Assembly: GCF_006345805.1 (NCBI RefSeq)
Contig: NC_043002.1
Location: 21,700,001 to 21,764,000, forward strand
Length of the DNA: 64,000 nucleotides
Source of the DNA: Octopus sinensis
Lineage: Eukaryota
Direction of reading: 5' to 3'
Shown here: positions 13,031-25,780 of the stretch, piece after piece
How the letters are laid out: each line of letters starts with the position of its first letter
Numbering within the stretch: position 1 is the first letter of the stretch
Position numbers and translations under genes: made by a program
The notes under the pieces: model-generated
Seen by the model: only the letters and a program-made list of their open reading frames with translations
What the model was told of the DNA's origin: nothing
The model's database searches: none

Positions 13031-13504
13031 AAGAATATTCTGTGAAAATATGTTTGGCCATGGGGAAATATTACCTTGCTTGGAAACAGGTGAAGGTTGG
13101 AAACAGGAAGGGCATCCAGCTATAAAAAGTATGCTTCAATAAACTCTATCTGACCTGTGTAAGCATAGAAATTGGATATAATAATGATGATATATGCATT
13201 TGTTTATTTCATATAACACCTGATTCTCCATGCTAAAATGGCTTGGACAGGAGATAAATGAGACAATATTATTGTGGCCCAGATGCTTTACCTGTTGCCA
13301 ATCCATACCTGTTTTATCAAGTAAGGGATATTTTTATCACAGTGGATTTTGAAATTGCAGGGCTACCATATGATTTGTTGGTAGGAAATGTCAACAAACG
13401 TCACTGACTACTGTCCAGCCATTAAATGGTGATGTCGTGTGTGTAGCTATATTTGATGGCTTTCTTTCAGTTTCAGTATATCAAATTAACAGATAAGGCT
13501 TTAA

Positions 13505-13725
13505 CCCTTTAGTGTTTGCATTATTCTGCCAAAATTAATGCTTCTTCATCCACATTGTTTTGAACTAATCCTGCATTATCTTGTAGCTATGAGATTTTGA
13601 TGAGGTAGCTGTTAATTTTTAAAACGATATTGTAGGGTTGGTGCGAGAGACCAGATCTGGCCATTTTGAACATAAAACAGGCAGAATACTTTTGGCCAGA
13701 TATGGCCGGTTTAAATGCTAAAGGG
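13505..13725. mobile_element. piggyBac-type MITE
   Basis: TTAA at 13501-13504 and 13726-13729 flanking CCCTTTAG...CTAAAGGG termini. Confidence 0.8.
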
Positions 13726-14324
13726 TTAATCAGCAGGTGCTGTATAGTGGGACCGAACCTGAAACCATGTGGATGGAAAACAAACTTCTCAGCCACACAC
13801 ACACATACACACATACGCATTCTCTCTCTCACATATAATCTCATTCTGCCATAAATTGGTATTAACTTGTCCTTTCGTTTTTGCATATCATTAATTGTTG
13901 AAGAATCAATGTTATGTTCATGTGCAATAGGATTTTTTCCAAATACTGTATAATTTAGATTTCCAGATGCGGTGTGAGAGTTCTATGCTTTCCTTTCACA
14001 CCTTTCACAAATTTCTTACTCTTGTTCACACTGGAGCGTAGTTTCACTAATGGAGGGACAATATGCATTCAGATATAGGCAATTACAAAACATTTGGATG
14101 CTGGCTGCTCTTCCCACCAACAGGAATGTAAACAAGGATGGAGAAGCATTTGTGTCCAGTGATAGCACTTGGGAAAAATTCACAAATATTGGTTTATCTC
14201 TCTGTCTCTTCCTCCACCTCTCTCTCTCACACTCACACACACGTGCACACACACACATGCATACACGTGTTCACACACACACACACACACACAGAATAGT
14301 CAATTTGGTCTGCCAGACTCTTTT

Positions 14325-14737
14325 ATTTGTTTCAGTCATTTGACTGTGGCCATGCTGGAGCACTGCCTTTAGTCGACCAAATCGACCTCAGGACTTATTC
14401 TTTGTAAGCCTAGTACTTATTCTATCGGTCTCTTTTGCTGAACCGCTAAGTTATGGAGACGTAAACACACCAACATCAGTTGTCAAGCGATGTTGTGGGG
14501 GGGGGGGACAAATATAGACACACAAACACATACACACACACACACATATATACATATATATATATACATATATACGATGGGCTTCTTTCAGTTTCCATCG
14601 ACCAAATCCACTCACAAGGCTTTAGTCGGCCCGAGGCTATAGTAGAAGATACTTGCCCAAGGTGCCATGCATTGGGACTGAAACCGGAACCATGTGGTTG
14701 GTAAGTGAGCTACTTACCACACAGCCACTCCTATGCC
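14325..14737 (-). mobile_element. SINE family A, full length
   Basis: Near-colinear with 6487-6906. Confidence 0.85.
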
Positions 14738-15549
14738 TATGTTGGAAATCGGATAAATGAATTTTATTGTTTACCTATATTCATCCACACTGTACCCTGA
14801 GTGTATGTCCCAACACATATCCACCAGCATCTACCTCTTCCTCTCTCTCTCTATATATATATATATCATCATCATCATCATCATCATCCGTTTTCCATGC
14901 TAGCATGGGTTATATATATATATATCTGTCTCTCTATCTTTCTCTTTAATCCTATCTCTCTCTTTTCTCTCTTTTCTTTTCCAACTGGCATAGCTACGTG
15001 TCTCTTCTGTAGCAAGATACCTGTTCACTACCCTTCTATTATATTCTAACCTTCCCACTAGTAACAAGCTTCTTTCCTTAATACTATTCCCTCTCTTTAT
15101 TGAGGGGTCTTTGTCTTGTAAGTTACCTGGTGACCCTGTCAATGCTGGTGCCACATAAAAAGTACGTAGTATGCTCTGTAAATTGGATGGTATTAGGAAG
15201 AGCATCCAGCAATAGACATTATGCCAAAGCAGAAACCTCTGGTTTGCCAGGTCCTGTTTAATCATCCAGCATGAAAAACAAATGTTAAATGATGATGGTG
15301 GTGATAATTTTTTATGTTTGATAGTTATGCATTTGTATATGTGTATCTCTGTGTATATCTATACACACATTCTCAATGGCTGAAGATTAGCATCATGCTT
15401 GAGACTCGGAGTACCAACAAATTTGAATCAAACTGTTTTGATCCAAGCATGTAACTCCCAATAAATGTGTTGAGTGCCCTTCGTTCATTTGTCAGTTCAC
15501 TCTTATATATATATGTATATATATATATGTGTGTGTGTGTTTGTGTGTG

Positions 15550-15665
15550 GAAGAGCATAGGCTTGAAATATTGAAGACTTTTTCACTTCCCGAGCGTTAT
15601 ACTAATACATCTGTTTGTTGTCTACACCACCTGTCTTCGTCTTTCGTTTTTTGTAAATTCTTCCC
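15550..15665 (+). mobile_element. Penelope-like tail fragment with degenerate hammerhead half (gaagagcataggcttgaaat)
   Basis: Homologous to the minus-strand copy at 59617-59737; both sit between microsatellites and end in ccct(ata)n. Confidence 0.55.
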
Positions 15666-15744
15666 CTATATACATATATATATATTGGTCAGTTGTTCGA
15701 AAGTTTGAAAAAAAAAAAAATCTCTAAAATCTCTTGAGCAGTAA

Positions 15745-16130
15745 TCTCTCTCTATATAAACGGCAGTTTGTCTGTGCGTGTTTCTGTGTGTCTGTTTGCT
15801 TGTACCCTCACTCTGACCACGGCTTTCAACCGATTCTGATGAAACTTGACACACACATAGCCCAATGTCATAATTCAAAACTAATGCAGCGAAAATTTTG
15901 AAAAGTTCCCCCAGTTCTGAAAGAGATCGATAAATTCGACATGGGGTCGACAATCAGAAACACAAACCACAGATGGTCTAGGGGACGCAACTCGACCTTT
16001 TTAACTATCAAAAAAAAATTTACCATAATTTTTTTCCCCATTTTTTTGCTATTTTTTGGCTATAACTCTCTAAAAATGCTTTATAGTTATTTCCCTTACA
16101 AACCCGAGCAACGCCGGGCGATACTGCTAG
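15745..16130 (+). mobile_element. Non-autonomous Helitron
   Basis: 5' A|TC at 15744/15745, 3' hairpin cccgagcaacgccggg (16103-16118), terminal CTAG 16127-16130 followed by T; no TSD. Confidence 0.85.
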
Positions 16131-16138
16131 TAGTTAAT

Positions 16139-16590
16139 ATAGTTGTTGGTCATGCCCAGTCAGAGAGTTCTTAGCAATATAGGCAACTTGTCTGACCTGC
16201 TGGCTGGAGGCACATAACGTCTCTACTACTGGAGATAGGAATACAATCTTGGTCAGTCAGGGTTGTGAAAAAAAAAAGAACCCTGAAATGAAATTCTCCT
16301 TAGTGACATCCCTTCCGAGTGAGAGGAGGAGTAATTTCCCTTCGATTGGTTCTGCTTGAGTCCGTAAGGGATCAATACTTGCATTATTTCCATTTGCTAG
16401 TCTCATTCAGAAGGGATATCACTCGTAGAATTTCTTTTCCTGAGTTTTGTCTCAACCCTGACTGATAAAGACTGTATTCCTACCTCCGGAAGTAGAGAGG
16501 TTATGTGCCTCTGGCTAACTGGTCTGGTAAGTCACCTATATTACTAAGATATCAATGATAACTCTCTGACTGGCCATAACCAACGTCTAT
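16139..16590. mobile_element. Fold-back MITE with long imperfect TIRs
   Basis: 16145-16270 is the reverse complement of about 16447-16584 (one 11-nt indel); inner pairing continues about 16290-16325 with 16400-16435; TA-rich flanks. Confidence 0.8.
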
Positions 16591-17114
16591 ATTATATATA
16601 AATATATATATAAGGTAAAAACAGTAATATATATATACATACACACACACACCACACACACACACATACTATGGGCTTCTTTACAGTTTCTGTCTACCAA
16701 ATCCACTCACAAGGCTTCTGTTTGGCTCAATAGTTTAGTAGAAGATATTTACCCAAGGTACACACAGCCATGCCTGCACCCATGTGTGTGTATGTGTGTG
16801 TGGACATATGTAAACAGACAGAAAGAAGGAGAGAGAGAAATTATTTTATATTTTTCCTGTAAATACAGTCACACATATATTACCTGCATATGTTTTGTAT
16901 ATAAATGTGTGTGTGTGTTTGTTTGTTATATAGAAAAAATATAGCGACAGACATGTGCACATAAAATACAATTCCTGTGACAAAGTCAAATCTAAGAAAC
17001 TCCAATATAATCTCCTTGTATTTTTAGAACAATATAATTTTAGATTCTCTCTGCACTTACAGATGGAATATTAACTAATGGCTAATAAAGTTCAAGGATA
17101 GCGGAATCAATAGA

Positions 17115-17215
17115 CGGAGAGAGAAAGAGAGAAGGGGAGGGAGAGAGAGAAAGAGAGAAGGGGAGGGAGAGAGAGAAAGAGAGAAGGGGAGGGAGAGAGA
17201 GAAAGAGAGAAGGGC
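17115..17215. repeat. Purine-only ~28-bp tandem repeat (gagagagagaaagagagaaggggaggga)
   Basis: About 3.5 copies, homopurine on the + strand. Confidence 0.85.
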
Positions 17216-18656
17216 CAAGTGTGAAGTCGACAGACAGATAGATGGAAAGAAAGATAGATAATGAGAGAACGTTGTTAGAAGATTAGATTGATAGATAGAC
17301 AAATTGGGAGACAGATAGATGGATAAATAGAAAAAGAAATATATAGAAAGAGAATTATATGGTGGTGCCCCAACATGGCCACAGCTCATGAGCTGAAACT
17401 AGATAAAATAAAATAAAATAAAATAAAATATCTATATATACATATGCATATATATATATATATATATTTGTACATACGTACATGAGTGTGTATGTAAAGA
17501 GAGAGAGAGGAAAGGTGATAAGGTGTGATGTAAGTTGATAGATAAGTAGATATATTGGTAAGGAGGGAGATTAGTTGATAAAGAGAAAGATACATAAAGA
17601 AGTAGAAAGAGAAGTTCTTGAAGTAAGCTGATATATACATTATTCAATAGGGAGATAGATATGTATATATAAAACTACTCAGGGATTAGATAGAAGAAAT
17701 AGGCAGCTATGTAATTATGCCAAAAGCCTAAAAAAGGAGAAGAGTCCCTTAGATGAACTTCTGCACCAAATTTCACTCAGAATATGTTGTGCTGCAGGTT
17801 CAAATCTAATCTCTGCAGGTTCAAATATAATTACTCAGCAAACTTTTTAATCATACAACAATACCTTTTCTCATTGTTTAACTGAAATTAGTTTAGATCA
17901 AACTGCCTATGTTCAGTCCACTGTAGGACAAAGGCCTCAACATGTTCTCTCCACCAACCACAGTCTGATGTGGAGGCTGTGAGTTTGAGTTTGAGTTTGA
18001 GATTACACTGGTTTCATGAGCCTACTCTGCCATACTAGCTCAAGGGCCTGGCAGTGAAATTTTTCTAGAGTTTTACCCAGGTTTAGTTAAGTTGATTATA
18101 TCAACCCCAGTACTCAACTGGTATTTATTTTATCGGCCGCTGAAAGGACAAAAGGCAAAGTTGACTTTAGTGGAGTTTGAACTCAGAGCATAAGGCCAGA
18201 CAGAATACCACTAAGCATTACGCCCGGCATGCTAATGATTCTGCCAGCTTGCTACCATAACTGAAATTAATGGGCCTGTAATGGTTGCAGTTATGTGGAG
18301 AAATGATTGGTGAAAGTGTTCAGTGTAGGTGTGGGTTGGGAGATGGAAATAAAAGTGGTGGTAGTGAGAGGAACTAAAAGAATCAGTGGACCAGTGTTGT
18401 GAGGAACCGTAGTAGTCATGGTGGTGAGAAGAAAGAGAATTTGTTGATCAATGTAGTGGTGAGTTACTGTAGGGGTGGTTTGGTTAGAAGGAGGGTGATG
18501 GTTTAGAGGAGTTGGAGGTTGACTTAGTTTGGTTAAGAAATGTTTTTAGCTTACTCAGCATAGAGACCAGAGTTGTAGCAGTACAGAAAGACAAAGAGAA
18601 GAAACTACATCTATAGGCTCAAGGCCATAACATACCATGGAATGGTTCTTTACTGT

Positions 18657-19090
18657 GAGCTGGCAGAGGCGTTAGCACGCTGGACGAAATGCTTAGTGGT
18701 ATTTTGTCTGCCGTTACATTTTGAGTTCAAATTCCACCAAGGTCGACTTTGCCTTTCATCCTTTTGGGGTCAATAAATTAAGTACCAGTTATGCACTGGT
18801 GTCGATGTAATCGACTTAATCTGTTTGTCTGTCCTTGTTTGTCCTCTCTAAAAAGAAAAAAAAAAGGCGGCTAGCTGGCAGAAACGTTAGCACGCCAGGT
18901 GAAATGCTTACCAGTATTTCATCTGCCGGTATGTTCTGAGTTCAAATTCCGCTGAGGTCGACTTTGCCTTTCATCCTTTCGGGGTCGATAAATTAAGTAC
19001 CAGTTATGCACTGGGGTTGATATAATCGACTTAATCTGTTTGTTTGTCCTCTCTGTGTCTAGCCCCTTGTAGATAGTAAAGAAATAGGAA
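18657..19090 (+). mobile_element. Tandem pair of family B SINEs
   Basis: Heads at about 18657 and 18866; a mirror-image tandem pair lies on the - strand at 38750-39160. Confidence 0.8.
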
Positions 19091-19446
19091 TAGTTCTTTG
19101 CTCTTTCCAGACTGTTGTGAATTTTGCATGTCATAAGCAGCTTATGTGTACTGTCTTGTGTATCACTGAAAGGGGAATACAAACTGTTAGTGCTTAGTGT
19201 TAGCATAAAACATGCCATTTACAACGTTAATGACATGCTGTGAGAATAACCATTCATTTATTGTGCTGTGGTACATAAAAAACAAAATTGTTTATGATGT
19301 TTGAAAGTAATGAGTATCCTTGTTGTCTATAGCAATTGTTTTATGATTTTTGGTTGCAAATATATGACAATCTTTGCCTCACTCAGTCTGCATGGCTGTC
19401 AAATGGATTACATAAGATTTTGATATATTTATCTGACTTACAATAG

Positions 19447-19850
19447 TGTGGTAAGAATTATGGTTCCCAGTCACTTGATTTCAGGTTCAATCTCACTGTG
19501 TGGCACCTTGAGCAAGTGTCTTCAACAATAACCCTTTGCCAACCAAGATCTTGTGAATGGATTTGGGGGATGGAAACTGAAAGAAGCCTGCCATGAATGT
19601 GTGTGTGTTTGTATGTTTTAGTGTCTCCTTGCCTTAGCACCACCGTCATACCAGCAGTGTCCTTCATGTCCAACCTTCTGTGAAAACATGTCTGGTCTTG
19701 GGGAAAATATTACCCTGCTTGGAAATACATGAGGTTTAGCAACAGGAGAGGCATCCAACTGTAGAAAATCTACCTTAACAAATTCTGTCTGACCCCTGCA
19801 AGCATGGAAAAGAAAAGCTGACATTGAAACAATAATGATGATGATGATGA
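19447..19850 (+). mobile_element. Family A head fused to an RTE-type (gatgat)n tail
   Basis: ggttcaatctcactgtgtggcaccttgagcaagtgtc head; tail ggagaggcatccaactgtagaaa...gcaagcatgg...(gat)n. Confidence 0.7.
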
Positions 19851-20747
19851 ATTACTCACATTGAGAGATATTTAAATTACACTCTAACTTTAAATGGGTG
19901 GCAATTGTTGTTATCACTGTTGTTGTTGTTATTGCAGTTACTTTTAATAGTTATCATTGCTGTTTTTTTCTCTCATCTCTTTTTATTATTCTCTTTTATT
20001 CTTTTCTCTTTTTTTTTATTGCATCATTAACCCCCCCTCTCCCTCATTAACCAACTTTTATTTCCTTTCATTTATTTCCCCCATTTTCTATCTCCTCATT
20101 GTTTTCCCATTTACCATTTCCACAGTTTTCATTAATTCTTTATCACCGTCTTGGTTTTTCTCTCTCTCTTAATCTTTTCCTGTTAGTAATTGCTGTTGTG
20201 TCTTTAAATGTTATCTATTTTAAATTTCCTTTAAGAAATCTATTATCTACCTTTTTTAACAGTTATTATCTATTTTCTATTTCTTTTAGAATATATTATC
20301 GGTTATCATCGCCTTTTATCTTTTACTTGTTTCGGTCATTGTCTGCAGCCATACTAATGCACCATCTTAAATGGTTTAGTTTGAACAGACTGACCGCACT
20401 ACTTCTTTTTTCTTAAGTTTAGTATTTAGTCTGTTGGTCTCTTTTGCCAGACTGCTAAGTTACTGTGGAATGTAAACAAACCAATGTCAAGTGGAGTGGA
20501 AAAAAGAGACACACCTAGCACTCCTTCTCTCTCTTTCTCTCTCTCTCACATCATCATCATCATCATTGTCATCATTTAATATCCATTTCCATGGGCTGGA
20601 GGGTTTGATATGAGCTGTCCAACTGAAGGGCTGTTCAGGCTCCATGTCTGTTTTGCCCTTCCTAACCCCAATCACTTTACTGAGTGTACTGGTTGCTTTT
20701 ATGCAACACTAGTATGAATGTTTTTTATGTGGCACCAGCATTTACAA

Positions 20748-20945
20748 GCCTGCAAAATTAGGGATGATCAGCTGGAGAGGGTTGCAGGGGACAGGCCTGC
20801 AAGGTTCGGGATGCTCAGCTGGAGGGGGTTGCAGGGGTCAGGCCTGCAAGGTTCGGGATGCTCAGCTGGAGGGGGTTGCAGGAAATAGGCCTGCAAGATT
20901 AGGGATGTTCAGTTGGAGAAGGCTGCAGGGGACAAGCCTGTATGC
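20748..20945. repeat. 47-bp minisatellite (4 full copies; starts 20748/20795/20842/20889/20936)
   Basis: Unit gcctgcaaggttcgggatgctcagctggagggggttgcagggg.cag, lying between a minus-strand and a plus-strand family C fragment. Confidence 0.9.
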
Positions 20946-21370
20946 AAGGGCAACCACACTTAGTCTTAGCTCGATGTGTTTTTTCAAACACAGCAAATCG
21001 CCAGATAATAGATACAAACCATCCAACCCATGCCAGCATGGAAAACAGATGTTAAATGATGATGATGAGATCTATCTTGTAATACCTGTTATAATTTATT
21101 GTTTTTTTAAGAAGACCTGTTATCCATTTGTTTTTTTAAATCTGTCATCGACCTGACCAATGCGTTGTGAATGAATTCGGTAGGTGGAAACTGTGTGGAA
21201 GCCCATTATATGTATATTTATATATATATATTTATTAATAATTCTCTTAGGCATATCGAGACTAATAACCTGGTGTAGAACTCAATATATGTATGATCCA
21301 GAACACAATGTTAGACAAGTATAGAGTGGTAATAGAAACAAGGAGATGAGACTGGAAAAAACAAATGTTA

Positions 21371-21575
21371 TGCAATGAACTTCATTATCTTACAGCTGTT
21401 TCTTCTATGAGATATGGTGAACTCTTAGTTGAGTACCAGGATAACATCATATAGCCTCATCAGAGTCTTGAATATGAAGTGGACTTTATTTATGAAAGTT
21501 ACAGTATATTCTGAAAATGTAACTTTCCCATATCTCAAAGCAGAAACAGCTGTAAGCTAATGAAGTTCAATTACA
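21371..21575. mobile_element. Fold-back element with degenerate hammerhead motifs
   Basis: 21371-21423 is the reverse complement of 21521-21575; each arm carries GAAACAGCTGTAAG on its own strand; CTGATGA on the - strand at 21463-21457. Confidence 0.65.
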
Positions 21576-22148
21576 TAGCATTTATTTTTTTCTGGTGTCA
21601 TCTCTGTTCATATATATATGTAAACACATGTGGTGTGTGTGTGTCTTCGTGTTTATCATCACACCACTGCTTGATGACAAGTGTTGGTTTGTTTATGTCC
21701 CCATGGCCTAGTTGTTTGGCAATAGAGACTGGTAGCATAAGTGCCAGGCTTAAAAATAAGTATCACAGTCAATTTGTTTGACTAAGCCCTTCAAATTGGC
21801 TACAGTCCAAGGACTGAAACAGTTAAAAGAAAAACCTAATCTATTATCACTTATGGTCTTTTTAAAACCTATTATTGTTTCTTTAGAAACTTTATCAGTT
21901 TTTGTTTTTTTTTTCTTTTGTTTGTGTGGTGTTCTTCACTGGAGAAGTTATCATTCACATGACAAAATTCCAAAATTTTGCTGGGTTAAAATCAAACCAC
22001 TTTTTCAAATATTATTTATTATCTTTTTCTTAAAAAAAAAAGCATTGCTATATTTTCTAACATACAAGCTGACTTTGTATATTGTATAAACATTCAAACA
22101 TCTTCACTATCTTTCTATTTTTTACTGCATTTCACATGAAATTTTTAG

Positions 22149-22589
<441 letters not shown>

Positions 22590-24691
22590 TAGCCATCTAT
22601 ATATCACAATATAAATATATCACAAGAAAAAAAATTTACTGCAGTAGTCATCCAGATATAGTATCTCTTATAGATGTGATATGTATAAAATGTATAGTGG
22701 ATGCCCAAGGGATTTTTGTGTTAGCATGGTTGGCAGTAAGTACGTACTGCTGACAAATCTCAACAAGACAGAAATGCACATTTATCATAGTCACCTGTCG
22801 TCACAAGATGATTTTTGTCTGCTGCCAAAATAGTTTGTTTTTAAACACTGTACATCCATTAAAGATACTATCTCTAGACAAATGCTGTAGTAACTTATTT
22901 TTTGTGATGTTTTTACATTAAGTATGACACACATATGGCTATTTTAATCTAATATTACTTCTGATGCATATAAGGGATTTCTCTAAATTTTTTTACTTGC
23001 CCCACCCCCACCCTCTCTCTCTCTCTCTTTCTCTCTCCTACTCTCTCACACTTTCTTCTTTTCTCTCCTCACTCTCTCTTTTCTTTTTCATCTTCACATA
23101 TTTTTGCTAAAGTCAAGAAAGAATGGCACGAAAGAAATATGTCTTAATATTCAACTATTTACTGATTGTTATTGCTACGACACATGAGATGGATATTTTT
23201 ACAAATTAATGTATTTGAAGCTTTCCTCAAGTGTCTTCCCTGTAGAAAACAGTGGTTTTGTTAAATGTGTGCTTTAACCTCCTCCACCCCACCACCCCCA
23301 TGCCCCCTTTTTCTCATGCTCCCCTCTTCCTTCCTAAACACCTTCTCCTTACTCCCATTTTTCTCTCAACCGCCACCATTTTGCACATACATATAGCTCC
23401 CAGCCATAGAAACCATGCCGGAGTAGGCAATGGAGCAGAAGGCAATCCTTGGGCTCCTAGATCCTGTCAAAACCATCCAATCCATGCTAGCAAGGAACAC
23501 GGATAGTAAATAATGACACACATACACACACACTCACAAAACAGATTTCTTTCAATTTCCATCTACCAAATCCAGTCACATCCAGTAGAAAGCGCTTACC
23601 CAGAGTCACACTGGGAACTAAACCTGAAACCATGTGGTTGGGATGTGCCATGGTATTGTGTTGGTGATAAAGGTGATGGTGAGTCACAATAATGAGATTA
23701 CTCTTTAACACCCTGTCACCTCTATCCCAACCGAACTATGATAAAAAGTGTCGCAGCCATGACCATTCCATCTATTATTCAAAGCATATCTGGGTCTTCA
23801 TTAACCAATTTCTGGTTTTATGTTAATCAGATATGAATGGTGAGATATCTGATAACGGTTCCCATGTTGACACCCATGACCTTTCCAGGTCATTATGAAG
23901 AGTGATTCAGTACTGCCAAACTTTTTTACTTCTCCCTCTTTTTCCTTGCCTCCATTTAAAGAATTCCAATTAAATATTTCCGATAAAAATCTATTCAAAG
24001 AATTGAAACCAACATGGTATTTCCTGATTCTTTGGCATTCCACATGGAATAGTGTTGCAATCATAATTAATTATGTCTTATGGCCCATTTCCTAACACTC
24101 AGTCTTTTACCCAAAATGTATTTCAGACTACAGTATCTTGAATATCCTTTCCTTGTTAAAATAGCACACAGTAATTTAAGGGAGGGCTGGCTAAATATTT
24201 GTCGTAGATCAAGTGATTGCATAGAGGCTTCCTGTATTCTTTATTATCATCCTCATCATCATCACCACCTTCATTGTTTTAACATTCATTTTTGCATTAG
24301 GAAGGGCATCCAGCTGTAGAAACACTGCCAGATCAGACTGGAGCCTGGTGCAGCCTTCTGGCTTCCCAGATCCCCGGTCGAACCGTCCAACCCATGCTAG
24401 CATGGAGAACGGATGTTAAACGATGATGATTTTCCAGCATGGGTTGTAGTCTGTAGCTGACCAATTCCTAATTTCTTCTGCAATTGAAATTTCTTTCTTC
24501 TATGTTTAATATACTCATTATAAAGGTGGCAAACTGGCAGAATCATTAGCACACCAGACAAAATGCTTAGCAGTGTTTCGTCCATCTACATGTTCTGAGG
24601 TCGTCTTTGCCTTTCATCCTTTCGGAGGTCAATAAAATAAGTACCAGTTAAGTACTGAGGTCAATGTAATCGACTTAACTACTCCCCCCAA

Positions 24692-25170
24692 ACATTATTT
24701 ACATTATTTAAATTCGACAGATATCTGTCCTCATCTTGTTTGTTGTTAACTAGTTTTGGCTGATATACCCTCCAGCTTTCTTCAGGTGTCTTGGGGAAAT
24801 TTCAAACCTGGGTTCTCATTCCTAAGGTATTTTCCAATGTTATTATTATCATTATCACTATTATTATTATTATTATTATTATCATTATTATTATTAGTGT
24901 TCAGGTCACTGCTTGGAATTGAACTCAGAATCTTCGGGTTAGTAGCCTGTGCTCTTAACCACTATGCCATATGCCCGTGGGCATGTGCTACTAACCCCAA
25001 GATTCAAGTCTGATTCCAAGCAGTGACCTGAACACTAATAATAATCATAATAATGAAGGCTGATGGGTATATCCACCAAAACATTGTGTTAACAACAAAC
25101 AAGATGAGGACAAATATCCATCGAATGTAAATAATGTACATAATTCCTCATCTCTTAAATATATAACTGT
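24692..25170. mobile_element. Head-to-head palindromic tRNA-headed element with a hammerhead-like tail
   Basis: Centre atatgcccgtgggcatgtg (about 24970-24988). The left arm (- strand) has A box tggcatagtgg, B box gagttcaattcc, (aat)n, then CTGAAGA-aagctg-gagggtatat-cagcc-aaaac. The right arm is a deleted mirror copy. Confidence 0.7.
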
Positions 25171-25780
25171 ATACTCACCCCAAAGTTCAGGCCTTTCTAC
25201 AATAGGCACAAGACCTGAAATTTGGGGATAGGGGTGCTAGTCAATTAACTTGACCCCAGCGCTCTTCTGGTATGTATTTTGTCGAGGCTGAAAGGATGAA
25301 AAGCAAAGCCAACCTCAACAGAATTTGATCTCAGAATGTAAAGACAGACAAAATGCCACCAGGCCTTTTGTCTGGCCTGCTAACACTTCTACCAGATCAC
25401 TGCCTTTAATTTTTTCTAATTTTGGCACAAGCCTAGCAATTTTGAAGATGAGGGGGTAAGTCAGTTTCATTGGCACTGGTACTTGGCTGATACTTATTTT
25501 ATCAAGCCCCAAAAGAATGAAAGGTAACATCGACCTTGACAGAATTTGAAACCAGAATACAATGCTAGAAGAGATGCTGCTAAGCATTTTATCTAGCACT
25601 GGAATGATTCTGCCAGCCTGCTGCCCTTAACATTAACAATACATAAGACCACATATTTGTAGAAAGGAAATGTCAGTTTAATCAACCCCATTATTTGATT
25701 GGTAACTTATTCTGTCAAACCTGGAATGATGGAAAGTGAAGTCAGCTCCTGTGGGATTTGAACTCAGCATCTAAAGAGTA
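25170..25780 (-). mobile_element. Three consecutive family B SINE remnants
   Basis: Three repeats of aaggatgaaaggcaaagtc.acct...gaatttgaactcag. Confidence 0.7.
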
